Source: Trypethelium eluteriae (taxonomy: Eukaryota). From it: a stretch of DNA of 50,775 bases. The stretch spans positions 1 through 50,775 of the forward strand of contig JAVECL010000114.1 in assembly GCA_051942245.1 (NCBI GenBank), written 5' to 3'. Numbering within the stretch: position 1 is the stretch's first letter; each line of letters opens with the position of its first letter. The position numbers and the translations under genes are program-made. This document shows positions 1-12,127 of the stretch, in pieces. Under the pieces are notes generated by a model. The model had not been told where the DNA came from and made no database searches. It saw only the letters and a list, made by a program, of their open reading frames with translations.

Positions 1-396
1 GGTAATCAAAAAGGTGGAAATAATTGAGGCACCTAAAGTGAGCGGTGCGGATTCTTTTTGTGCGCGACCTCGCCAGCAACCACAACTCCCACAGCGATTT
101 AAGAGTTAATTCAACCTGATCAGTAGATAGAGCGCATTCAACAGTACATTACATCTAGTTATCGCAATTTTTAATAGAGTGGTGGTGGAGTAATAATTAA
201 TTGAAAGGATGGAGATTGGAAGGTGGTGCGCCTGCAGGAGGTGGTGGCCTGCAGGAGGTGGGAACCATGGATACCAAAGGTTAAAAGTCAACCTAGCGTC
301 GCGCCATGACTATGAGCACCGACCTTGCCGCTAGCTCCCGCGTCTTCAAACAGCACAACATCATCGCATCATGGGCATAAAGCAGCAGCTATATAA

Positions 397-950
397 TGAC
401 GTCAGGGATCTTACTGGAGTCTCGCCGTCACAATCCTGGGCAGTAGTGGTGACTCACTCTTCACTCACGCATTGAAGTCAGAATAGAACTGAGCGTGCTT
501 CGCCTATCGACTGTAACGGTAACTTTGCGTGCGCTCATGATAGCTCGGTCTTTTGTCCTTTCTGTCCTCCTGAGACTCCATGACGCATGACTCAGCTGAG
601 ACCAGGGGCTCAGGCATAAAACAATGTAACTCAGCATTGCTCACTCTTCTTCAACCCTATCGACGTACTTTATCTCATGGTGTCATGTCGTTCGTGCTTG
701 ACTGAAAGGAACGGTAGTCGAACACTAAACTAGTCATGGCCAGAATCCTGAGCGGGAGCCGAAGAGCCTTTTCGCAGCAGACCGGAGTTTGGCTGTCTGG
801 CTAAAAGTCCGCGGCGAGTTCTGTAGCGCCGCGGAGCGCCTAATGAACCAATGGCTATTTTTTGTACAACAATGCTGATAGAATCAGATCAGTCATCTCG
901 AGGTATTGGACGATTAGAAGCTGATTATTATTTGATCACTGAGTATAAAT
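397..950 (+). promoter_or_regulatory. bZIP-site cluster and TATA box upstream of the HD-domain gene
   Basis: TGACGTCA (CRE) at 397-404, TGACTCA (Gcn4/CPC-1/AP-1 consensus) at 450-456 and 588-594, and TATAAAT at 944-950, about 130 nt before ATG 1081. Confidence 0.45.
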
Positions 951-1080
951 AATTAGCAAAGGCAGTGGTACGAGAAACATTCTTATGATCAAATATCCAA
1001 TCGAATAGCCAGGTTCTACTCTACCTCAACCCTTGACAGATTCTTTGCTTTTGAACTTAACACCTGCAAAGAATACCAGC

Positions 1081-1818
1081 ATGTCTTCTTCTACCATACC
1101 TCCATCGCCGTCTCGTCAAATCGCTGGTATCACTGTTTGTGACACGCCCTTGGTACGGAAAGCACTTGATTTTGCTAAGGCTCATCTTCGCGAATTTGCA
1201 TACCTTCACACTTTGCGATGCTGGATCTTTGGGACTACGCTGATACCATATACCGTCACACAAAGTGGAAACGATGAGTCCTTCGATCACGAAGCCTTCT
1301 CGATCGCTGCCATTCTGCACGAGCTCGGCTGGGCTCTCACAACACCACTGGTCAGCAAGGACAAACGTTTTGAGGTTGACGGTGCAAACGCGGCTCGTGA
1401 ATTCCTTCGTACTGAATCTAGCAAGGGCGATGAGAAGGGCAAGTGGGACAAGCATCGACTCCAGCTTGTTTGGGACTCGATTGCACTGCACACTACTGAA
1501 AGCATTGCTGTGCATAAACAACCCGAGGTGGCAGCTGTCAATATGGGTACTTTTGTGGATGTCTTAGGACCAAATTGCGTTGCGATGTTACCTCCTAATG
1601 CCCAGTATCTTTTGACAAAAGAAACTTTGGAAGCTGTCTTCAAAGAATTGCCAAGGACGGGCTGGCGTGAGGGTTGCATTGAGGCCCTTTGTGAGCTCTG
1701 CCGCACGAAGCCGGAGACGACCTACGATAACTTTGTGGGTGCCTTTGGTGAGAAATACTTGGAAGGGTATACCCGTGATGGTAAGACGATGCTCGATGCT
1801 TTTGACAAGATGGCTTGA
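1081..1818 (+). CDS. HD-domain metal-dependent hydrolase (cyanamide hydratase-like fungal family)
   Basis: Intronless ORF from ATG 1081. Motifs HTLRCWIFG, AAILHELGW (HE at the HD position), RFEVDGANAAREFL, LVWDSIALHT and KPETTYDNFV are typical of this fungal HD family. Confidence 0.85.
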   Translation: MSSSTIPPSPSRQIAGITVCDTPLVRKALDFAKAHLREFAYLHTLRCWIFGTTLIPYTVTQSGNDESFDHEAFSIAAILHELGWALTTPLVSKDKRFEVDGANAAREFLRTESSKGDEKGKWDKHRLQLVWDSIALHTTESIAVHKQPEVAAVNMGTFVDVLGPNCVAMLPPNAQYLLTKETLEAVFKELPRTGWREGCIEALCELCRTKPETTYDNFVGAFGEKYLEGYTRDGKTMLDAFDKMA

Positions 1819-2645
1819 TCTTGCGGTGATGAGCAGGGAAAATGGGCAGCATCGAGGACTCCACCGCAAAGAATTTGGATCGAGCACATTTTTGAGCCTT
1901 GACGAATCCTTGATTCCAAACAGCCCTGCCCAATTGTACTTAACCTCGCCGCTTTCATAGAACTGATTATGAATATCGAGACTCTGATCAGTTATCATAT
2001 AATACAGAAATTCCCGCAATGCTGTTGTTCTGCAAGCCGGGCATAGACACATCCTTTTGAAGAACGAACGGCATATTCGTAGAATGGGTCCCCAAGCACA
2101 TCACGCCACTTTCTCTGAGGAGGACACTGCTGCACTTCGACCTCTTTGACGAACTCAAAGTCCTTCATACTATTAAGTATAAGTATGTTTGTTCCGCGCG
2201 CTTGGTCATTTTGATCCGCGTGATAATGATGACAAAGAAGTCCTGGTATCAACTTCAATCCTTACATTGATTCAGATTCGATGATTTTAGCAGAATGCGG
2301 TAGCCCATAGGACTGAACCTGAGTAGCACTCCTTTTGCTGATCCCAATTGTCCCCCATCGTACTGGGATAGTCATCATTTCTGATCTATCAACTGACAAT
2401 TGCAAAGCTAGTGGCATCTAATAGCCTCACAGCACATAGTATAGGAAGTTTTTACATCAATACAGCTAGTTCTTTCGCATTTGCAATGTATCTACCCTTT
2501 GGGCGCAAGACTCCGTTGGGGGCCCCTCGCCAAACATCCGTAGAATACACCACCTCCCAATGCAACAAGACAAGCTCTGGGACGGATCTTACGGTGCTTA
2601 AATCTTCATTACCTTCAGTATACCTGAAAGCCTTAAGGGAAGTAA

Positions 2646-4524
2646 TCACCCAGCAGAACTAACGGGTCGTCCTTTATAACACCATTCCTTTGCTGCGTCA
2701 TCTTCTGCCGAGATAGGATCCACATCTGGGTGCTTCTCCTGAAGGTGTTTCTTGAAGTCATTCCGGTTGATAAATAGGTCGTCGCAATGGAAGCAATGGA
2801 ATTGAATTCCAGTCGCGTAATGCTCCCATTGAGCCTGATCACATGCCCGTACTCTCCTGTGCTTGACCAATTCCTCGGCGCATCGCTGGAAGACAGATAA
2901 GACATTTTGCGAACGTCCTACCCAAGCATAGAAGCGTTCTCTGATCTCACTCAATGTTTGCACCCCGGATTTTTCGTTCTTCGTAAAGGGACCTCGTGGT
3001 CGCCAGTCATCTAGCTCGAGCCTCAAATCCCCGGGGTTGTTAATTCGATAATACCAATACGAAGGGTTAGCGTCAGAGCCATTTAGCTCGTCCTTAGCCC
3101 ATATGTGGACTTTCTCTGGATCTGATGCGTCTCCAAATAGCTGCTTGAGCTTTCTTGCTATTCGGAGCTTTGTGAGTGTCTCGCCACGAGCTGTTCCAAC
3201 GCTCACGACAGTCCCGACACTTTTCTGACCGTGATTCAGTCTGATCTCTCCTACACCTTTCTCCGTTGGATTGTTACTTTCTTTTAGGCCTCCATCCGTA
3301 TACGTGACGTCCTTACGTTCCGAATGCACCGGATCAAAGTAGAATGGCGCCGCTGTTGCAGCTAGAGCGACCCTCCAGATAGACCAGTTAGTGTTTTCCC
3401 CTGTATACGATCTGTTGTGACTGGTGTGACGTGATAAATGCAAGTGGGTAAACTCTGTCGTATCTTTTCCTTTACCCATGATACGAGCCTGTAAAAGATT
3501 GGCGTGCCTAGTTCTTTTCATGGAGTCATAAGAGCTGATAATTATTTCTTCCCCTATTGTGCCGCTCTTCCCGCCTTTGTTCTTAGTAGCAATGACACAG
3601 CTATCAAGCGGTCAGTAAAGTGAATATTTCAAATGGTCTTACAGCATGTAGATAAAATGGCAAACCGGCTGCAATGGAGGAAAATGTTTGTACAGTCGAA
3701 AGGAAGTACCCAATAAAACTTACGTCCTACACAGTCCTCTTCTTTCAGAATACATCAGGGGGTCTTCCGCATCGGACTCTTCTTTGTGCCGAGCAATAAC
3801 ATCGGCAAAAACCTTCCTGAGCACTTCGCAGCTGTACTTGGGACGATGAACCAAGGGAATCCTCATTTCGTTGAGAAAGTTTGGTTTTCCGAACACCTTT
3901 CCGGCAAGGGTCTCGTATTCATGTAGGCAATCTGCCACAGACATACGAAGCCTCCCAAGCATGATTGCGATAAGCCTATGTCTGTGTTCAATACATCACT
4001 AATCCGTCTGATGCCTTAACTTACGCTCCAGTGCTTGAACCACATATGTAGTCGAAATAATGGCATGGAAGATACCTGCGACTTGCTTTCCACGTCCTGT
4101 GATTTTCTCCGGATTCCCTAATTAAGTCGTCGCTCAAAAAGGGGCCAAGAGAAACATTTTTAGGGAACTTTTCGGGATGGAAGCTATGCTCTACAATGTC
4201 TTTCTCGTCGAATTTTCTCTCTTCAGAGTCGATGCAGTCCATTAGCTTTTCAAGAGCCAAAAGACTCCAAATTCCCCGGATTCCGCCCCCATCTATTTTG
4301 CCTAATATTAGTACCGCTTTTGAGTTAATGAGAGATCGATACAAAGACGTACCGAGACTTAGAAGGTTTCGCTTTTTCCAGGCCTCTGTCACCTCCTTTT
4401 CTTGATCATCCGGAATTGATTCATCGATCGTTCGCCGACGAAGAAATTCAGTATTTGATGTAGATGATCGTGGAACTTCTCGAGAGAACTCGGATCCAGA
4501 GGTGTCGATTCTCTTTGCCGTCAT
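2646..4524 (-). CDS. Patatin-like phospholipase (FabD/lysophospholipase-like) with C-terminal C2H2-like zinc finger, about 548 aa
   Basis: Exons 4524-4353, 4292-4025, 3975-3724 and 3600-2646 join in frame through GT-AG introns. The product has LLSLDGGGIRG (oxyanion loop), ICGSSTG (GxSxG nucleophile), ATAAAPFYF and YTDGG (catalytic Asp), followed by CFHC-x12-H-x4-H. Confidence 0.88.
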
Positions 4525-5721
4525 AGTGAGTGATAACCAATGTGCGTTTGAGTTGTGCTGATGTCTTTTCTTTCCGGACGTGTGTCCAGACAAATGCTTT
4601 TCTAAAGGGCCATATTAGCTAAAGCCGCGCCCTGAATAGGCCTGCCTAAAGTGAAGAGGGTCAGTGATAGCCAACTAATTGCGGATGTTAGCTCGACAGA
4701 CGCTGTGAGTGTACCATCCACCAGACCATGCATGCTTCCAGCCCAACTAATCTTAGGCTGCAAGGCATTGAGCAGCCATTGTGTATCGGTTGCCTTATTG
4801 ATCTAAGGGAGAGCTGAAGGTTTGTTAAGCCAAGGAGGCAGTGAACATAAAAGAAAACCGAGAAAACGTCAGACGGGAAGGAGCATTGCTATCTAGAGCT
4901 CGAAATTACTGTCCACCAGCTGAAGAGCTCTTCGCCGATCCATGGGAAATGAGCAGGGTAGCATGCACTCGGCTACGTTTGAGATCATTTGCGGCTTGTA
5001 GAAGTGGAGATATGATAGCTAATCTGTTCATATGATGCGGGATTGCTATCAATTTCTCTGCGCCCACAGGTTTTGGTGTGGATTGAAGTCGTATTTTCAT
5101 TGGGTAACTGAACCAAAAGCAGCGATACTGAGAAGGGAAAAGAAATAGATGTTGCGATCAAACAAGACACTCTGAAGGGGGTTGGTTCTAGGTGGTAGGC
5201 GACGATCAGCCGGAGTTAATGCCAATAGTACCTGAGTGTCCACACATCGAGATCCTCAATGCGCCGACGCCTGGAAATGCTACGAGGCTGACGCCCATTA
5301 CCCAATCCTCTTCTTCTCGAGGGATATGATTCGAGAGGAGGCGCTACGGAGCCGAGTTTCTTGCAGCTGACGATAGCGTCTTGTGTCCTATAAGATACGC
5401 GAGAGAAGCCACTGTCGATACCTGATGAGCTATTCCGACGAAAACTACAGTCTATGGTATTCCTGCGCGGCACAGTGCCGCGCAGGGAGCCATGCGCTAA
5501 AAGCTACCCGCATTAAGCATGATGAAACCAGCATGGTGACAGGGGCCACGGAAGGGTGTTCACCGCGTTCAGGATTGGTAGGTTAGCTTACGATCCACCG
5601 CATATATTTGATACATCGCCAACGCTATGGGCCGGTACCTTGTTCTGTCATATTCCACAAGTTCTTGTCAATCAAGGTTCAGTCTTCGTCGCGGTTCTCA
5701 TTTTGTACAGTTTCATCTCAT

Positions 5722-6256
5722 ATGGATCGCAGTCATAGCAAGACTGGGCAGGATTCTGATATTTCAGCTGTTGACATTGTTCCCCATCAACATCTTCGCG
5801 AACGGGGAAGAACTCCATCTCCTCCCTGGAAATCCAGATGCTTTGTCTATGACTGCGACAATGTCGAATTGGAAGTGATGAAAAAGGAAAAAATAGAAGG
5901 TTGGGTTCGTTCCACCCTGCACTCGAGTGTGCTGATTTGTTTTGTCAGAACACGGGCAGAAGCAAAGATACCAGAAGATACAGCTAAGACCTCGACAAAG
6001 ACACGTCGCACTCTTTGTCGAGTCTAAAATGGAAAACGGGAATACTGATGAAGGAGAGACACGATTAATGACAGAAGAAGAGACAAAGGAAGCCAAGAAT
6101 CGTGTCCTCTTCGCTACACTCGACCTTAAGGGCGCTGGTCTTTTCGATAAACTACATATGTTAGCAGGGAAGCTCACGACGCTCTATGTATTTAATATTG
6201 GCAAATGGCAGGAAGCTAGTCATTCCAGTTCTTACGCACCATCCAGCCCCGAGTAG
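5722..6256 (+). CDS. Uncharacterised small protein, paralog A (about 161 aa)
   Basis: Exons 5722-5899 and 5949-6256. The 49-nt intron GTTGGG...GCTGAT...CAG joins two ORF-track frames. Three blocks are highly similar to the gene at 7915-8352. Confidence 0.75.
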
Positions 6257-7914
6257 AATACTCGGCTTCCTCTGTTGATGTTATGCTATTCCAGTTCCCT
6301 CAAATTTTTTAAAAAGTGCGGTAGTAACCCCTGCTGTCTGGTATCAATCCTTGTTAGGAGTTTTGCACCAGTCTCTAACATTATCCTCGCAACGCTGCTT
6401 GTTGCTGCTGTTCTATGTGTACCTATCAGACAGAGTCCGTCAGCGAGGCTTCTGGGGAAGTACGCACTTTGCTAGAGCGAACATTCATGCGCTCGAGGAT
6501 CGGACATATAGGAAAAGGACATAGTACAAAGTTAATGAGAAAATCCTGACGCTTGAGCGCACATCATACCCGGTAGGACAATGGCAATCTAAGGAAAGTC
6601 GACACTGTAGAGTGGGCTTGGTGGAGGTTGATTCGGAGCCACGGAGCCTAGACCGGAAAAAGCATATTCCGATGACGCCATGTATTACTCTATTCCCTCA
6701 ATTTGCATTCAGCCGCATCATTACCTTATCAGCTGCACGGAGTACATTGCCCGAGCTTGCATGGCTGAGATCACTCGATGCACTAGAACTCGTATCGCTG
6801 AAGACAATTTGCCTGCGTACGCCCTTGGCTTGCAGGTTCAAGGAGGTCGCTGTCACTGCGCTGCAGGCAGCAGCATCACATAACCGATCGCCAACCGGGC
6901 GTTTTAATCCTCTGTCATGGGAGCGGGCGGATTGTCGGTCAGCTGCAACAAGAAGATATACGGTCGGCTGTTTCCGTCGATCTACTCTAGCCGTACCTAG
7001 GCAGCGATAGGGACACTTATATACAACTCCGTTTTTTAATTCATTCTAAGTCCCAGGAAGGCTCCCTTGTACGGTATGATCTAAGTTCTTGCTGCACTAG
7101 CGGCTGTCCGCACCTATTCGCTATACGCGGATCTGTTCCTCACCGTTCGTCGTAAGCCTTGTATCAGGCTGATTTTGCTAGGTTGTCCTAATCTCGTCTA
7201 AGCTGTCTATCGGCCCTCGGAGTGCTCCCAAAAGCGATTGGTTCGCTATGCTGTGGAGAAAGCCACTGTGGCTCCGCCATCTACTATCTTTGGCGTTCTT
7301 TATCTTTTGCCTCATGCGATACTCTACGCCCGATAATTTGAAATAGAATGGCTTTTTCCAATCGATCCCGCCGACGCCATACTGTTCGCATTAGGCATTT
7401 CCACGATTTCGCCTTCACAGGTTGCTGTCCTCATAAAGCTCTGACGAGAAGTCTAGATGCATAGCCTTCAGGCGGTATCATGTTTGCGTTTCACTTCGAT
7501 CGTAGCTGTGCCAGCCAATTATACCCCGGGACGAGGCGCCCTTTCCTACCTAGAGCGCATCGCCTTCCAACACCGAACGCCCAGTATCTGTGACATGCTC
7601 TCTTAGCACGAGCCAAGAGCTGGCTCTGCCCTGTCTTAGAAAGGCATGCGTGTGACTCAATAAGATTATCTGGAGCTGCGATTGTTGGAACTTCCTGGGA
7701 AATCTAAGAGTCCTGTGCATCAGGCTTACGCCACGCCTTGCGGATGCCGCACATAATAGATAGAGTTTGGTATACATATTGCATGATCTATACGCATGCA
7801 GAAGGTATGAATTCTTCATATTCTCTATCTGTAAAACTTTGCATCTACAAATCCCTCTAGCTTATTATTTTCATCTCTTCTATCTACCGAGGCCACAACG
7901 TATTCTCCTGTTCT

Positions 7915-8352
7915 ATGGCTAGCCGCGACAAACGGAGAAATCATGGCTTCCCTTGGCTCAAGTCTCGATGTTTCGTCTATGACTGTGAGAACGTTAAGTT
8001 GGAGGTGTGTAACGAGAAGACAGTTGCAGGTTCGTTGTTTCCTTTCGCAGAAGCACACACAGACACCACCCAGTTGACGAATGCATCAGACAGTCGAGGC
8101 TTCCAAAAGATATCCTTAAAGCCCCGGCAAAGGCATGTTACACTCTTCATGACTCCCGAGGAAGGCAAGGCGGAGTTGAAGACAGAAAGTGGTAACAACA
8201 ACCTCTTGTTTGCCACGCTCGACCTCGAAGGCGAGGGTCTTATCGATAAACTTCACATGATGACTGGGGGACTCAGAACGCTCTATGTCTCACAAGGGAA
8301 AGAGACAGCGTACTTGGGTAAACAGGGAGCATTAGTACATGCGGGCTCCTGA
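7915..8352 (+). CDS. Uncharacterised small protein, paralog B (about 125 aa)
   Basis: Exons 7915-8029 and 8090-8352. The 60-nt in-frame intron GTTCGT...TTGAC...CAG lies at the same position and phase as in paralog A. Shared motifs: KSRCFVYDCxNVxLEV, QKIxLxPRQRHVxLF and LFATLDLxGxGLxDKLHM. Confidence 0.75.
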   Translation: MASRDKRRNHGFPWLKSRCFVYDCENVKLEVCNEKTVAGSLFPFAEAHTDTTQLTNASDSRGFQKISLKPRQRHVTLFMTPEEGKAELKTESGNNNLLFATLDLEGEGLIDKLHMMTGGLRTLYVSQGKETAYLGKQGALVHAGS

Positions 8353-10472
8353 TTTTCGCTGTTTCTCATGGAGGATCGCGTAACATTCGGACCAGCTTAT
8401 GCTAGTTCTTTTTTTTTTTTTAATTCGACAACCGTACACCATCTTGTCATAATATTCCCAGTCGTAAGACCGATGGACTAGTTGCAGCTCCGAGGGCTCC
8501 CACGAGTACCGTCGCGGACTCAGATAAACGCGGCGATGAGCTTCCCTCCAGCTTACCACAATCAACCCTTAGTCATTCGTAAAGGCCCTGGTCTGGCACT
8601 GCTCATCATGTAGCCACTCCTTAAGATCTCTATAGCTTAATAGACCTACGCTTCTGAAAAGTAAGGACAACAGAGAGAGAACACTTGAGTTTCAGTCGCG
8701 TCGTTTAAACCAGTGGCATATCCGACAATTCGCTCCTGTTGTGTCTTAGAGACGCCTGGTAAGACGAGAAAGGAATTAGCCCATTATATTCTTGTTTCGG
8801 TTCTAAGTACAAAATGGCTACTTTTAGGGCCAAGCCAAAATTTCTGTAAAATCACCGTATGATGGCAGCCAGGTCGACCTCAGCCAGCTCGATCCCAATG
8901 AAGCGATGTTAGGTCAAAGAGACTGAAAGATATCTTCGACGTCAGACAAAACGTCAACGGAACAAACTCCGTATTGAACACTTCGCTTAGTTGGGTCATA
9001 TACAACTGAGATTCTTGGAGAGAACTCGTAACTCAATCAATCAGAAAAGTCTTGAGCTGAAATTTGCCTCTGTGTATCAAGTCAACAGCTTCCCCATGGG
9101 ATTATCCGCTGAACCATGCTATTGTTCTTCGCTGATTATCTATTATCATCAGTCGAGGCGATATCGATTTACAGAAGTCGAAACTGATCAGAATCAAGGC
9201 TTGGCGAGTAGAGTTTGGCCTTGTCTTCAGTTACGGACCTATGAGTTCCATCCGAATCTTAGAGGCGTCCCGAGATCCTTCCCTCCAATTACTAAATCTT
9301 TCACTCTGATATAAGCAAGACTCCGGATTTTGGGGACTGCACCTACTGAGACCAAACAAGTCGAATCGATTAGAAGCCCTGTGGGCTGCATGCTTTGACT
9401 TAGGTGAAGATAAGACGCCGTTGTGAGCACACGTAGTGGGTGAACAGGGAGCAAAAGTGGAGAGAAGGTTGGATAGTGTAGCTAGCTAGCGAGATGGGTG
9501 CTAAGTACGGTGCGGGGCCACCTGCCGCCTGCATGCCTAGCTCCTGCTCTCACCGTCTTAGCAAGGCTGAAGCTCAGTCTGTCATTCCGATGGACCGGGA
9601 CCATAGCTGAACCCCGCTCTCATTGGTCAGCCTTGTCAAACCTGCCTTTTAGCCGAGGAGATAACAACATCGTCCTCTCAGATAAGCACGACGTTTTGGC
9701 ATATGCCTCACGCAGTGGTAGCAGGTCTCCGACCTTGACCCTTTGACGAGCGCTTGTAGTTTGATCCATATCAAATGGAAATGTCGTAGGCTAAAGCTTA
9801 CTATGTTTGCCTTCTATGCAGTGCTTCATCTATTTCATTAAATCTTCTCTGGAAGCATGGAGAAGTCTGACATTGCAGAAAACAGCAAAGGCAAGAGCCG
9901 GTGATCTGAGGGGAAGTAAGGATCCGGAATTCCATTGGTCAAGGGCGTTGTCGGCGTTATCGTCATTACGCACGATCCACCAAGGTCCGCTCAGAAAGCA
10001 GCGCAGACAGTGAGTGAAGAGGCTTGCTGGTCCTCATATGAACACGGAAAAGAGAGAAGTAGAAGAATTTTCTCCTGCGCACGAGTTGCTTGCTATCCAA
10101 GAACTGATTAGCGATCGAGAGGAGAAATATGCAGTAATTATGAACTCCAAAGATTCTCTCGGCATGTGCCGATTAATGGTCATTTTCAGTGGATCAGATG
10201 GAGTGCAATACTTGAAAAAGCACCGCTATCGAGTCAAGAGAATTTCTATCTCCGTACGCAGTGCGCAAAGTTAATTGGCGTGCAGGGCAGTTTCACATTA
10301 ACGATGATAATTACTCTAAGCAGTAATGGGGTAAGGATGCGGCTAGGTATCAACAAGGCCCCTTGCCCTTTCGATTTCTATTTCCGCCATTGCTCTCCAC
10401 CGTTGGGTACGGAGATCTTTTCACCAAATCAACCCCATGCAAACATTACCGAAAATCTAAATTGACTCCACG

Positions 10473-11866
10473 ATGTCTTCCGGCATTGTGACTTCATTTT
10501 TGGGTGCCCTTCAGGCCTCGTTGTCCATCCTGCTCACCATCTCCTATGGCGTCATCGCCGCGCAATCCAAACTTCTCTCCGAAGCATCCACAAAGGAAGT
10601 TTCGAAGACGTGCGTGCGACTGTTCCTCCCAGCTCTATTGATTCATAACGTGGGCTCGCAATTACACTTGGAGACCGCGCTGAGGTACATCCCGATTCTA
10701 AGTAGGTGGTAGGATACAGCGCCGATTCACCGAAGTTGAACCTGCTAATGAGGCCCGCAGTATGGTCCATTCTATACAATATTCTCTCAATGGGTCTTGG
10801 ATTGCTACTAGTCAGATTGTTCAAGATGCCTCACTGGGTGACTCCAGCGATTGCATTTAATAATACAACCTCGCTTCCATTGCTCCTTGTCCAATCTCTC
10901 GATGCTACCGGTATTCTCTCTAGTCTCATATCATCAAGCGACTCAACATCAGATGCCATTCAGCGAGCAAAATCATACTTTCTCGTAAATGCTATGATTG
11001 GAAACTCTCTGACCTTTGCTATCGGCCCCGCCCTGCTGAATGGCCATGAAGAGGATGCGCCGGACCGTCAAGCTGACGAAAGCAAACCCGACAACGACGT
11101 CCCAAACGGAGCAGCCGCAGATGGAGCTAACGACGTCGAACAAGCCGGAAATTCAAATGACGAAGAAGAGCGCCCACACGAAGAAACGTCGCTTCTCCTT
11201 AACCGCGTCATTCGTGCATCAGATCATGCCGCTCAAGCAGCCTCCCGCCGGAAATCTGAGTTCTTCCGCAGGCTCCCCAACTGGGCTCAGTCGGTCCTTT
11301 CATTCATGTATCAGTTCGTCAACGCCCCCGTCATCGGTGCTGTCATAGGTGCGGTCATTGGTCTTGTCCCCGCACTTCACCGGGTCTTCTTCAACAGCAC
11401 CCAAAACGGCGGGTATCTAAATGCATGGCTGACGACGTCGATCAAAAACATTGGAGATCTCTTTGCCGCCCTCCAAGTGATTGTTGTCGGTGTCAAGTTG
11501 TCGCAATCGATGTCAAAAATGAGGAAAGGCGAAGAAAGCGGGACCGCTCCCTGGGCTTCGATGGTGACGATCACATTTGTGAGACTTGTGCTCTGGCCCG
11601 CAATATCCATTTCATTCATCTATATGCTGGCTACAAAGACGCGTACGCTTGATAAAGACCCAATTTTGTGGTTCGCTATGATGTTGATGCCCACCGGACC
11701 TCCGGCGCTGAAGCTTGCGGCCTTGGCAGATGTCAATGGAAGTGATGAGAAGGAGAAGATGAGTGTTGCAAAATTCCTGACGATTTCATATATACTCTCG
11801 CCGCTTATCTGCTTTGCAGTTGTGGGGAGCTTGCGAGCCTCCGAAGCCGCAATGAGTAACATGTAG
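10473..11866 (+). CDS. Auxin-efflux-carrier / PILS-like membrane transport protein (Mem_trans family)
   Basis: Exons 10473-10701 and 10761-11866. Two hydrophobic bundles flank an acidic loop. Motifs FLPALL, FNNTTSLPLLL and MLMPTGPPA. Confidence 0.88.
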
Positions 11867-12127
11867 AATAGTACTGTGGAGTTGAAAAGCCATCGTGGAA
11901 CACGGAACGCGATAGCTAGGATGCTTTGGAAGAATAGATAGAACTATCTGAGCCATGGTTCTACCCCATGTAACCTAACAGAATCGTGGATATTCTTTCG
12001 AGGCTTTTTGCAGGTGCCGGAAGCTAGATATGTAGATAATGCTAAATCATCCATCATGTGGATTTGCATTCTATAAAGAGCCTCGAACTTTGCAGTGTTA
12101 TAACCAAATGCTGGTCACAAACATACC

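Noticed and set aside
231..262. Direct repeat CCTGCAGGAGGTGG twice
   Set aside because: Only two short copies; not an array or a transposon end I can support.
1860..2640. Short ORFs between the HD and patatin genes (e.g. MKDFEFVKEVEV...)
   Set aside because: No recognisable motif, and I could not build a consistent spliced model. A small orphan gene is not excluded.
1081..4524. CBASS-like reading of HD hydrolase plus patatin
   Set aside because: No nucleotide cyclase is present, the patatin gene has spliceosomal introns, and the HD protein belongs to a common fungal family.
8560..10470. Several 60-107 aa ORFs in a 1.9-kb gap
   Set aside because: No motifs, codon bias or convincing splice structure.
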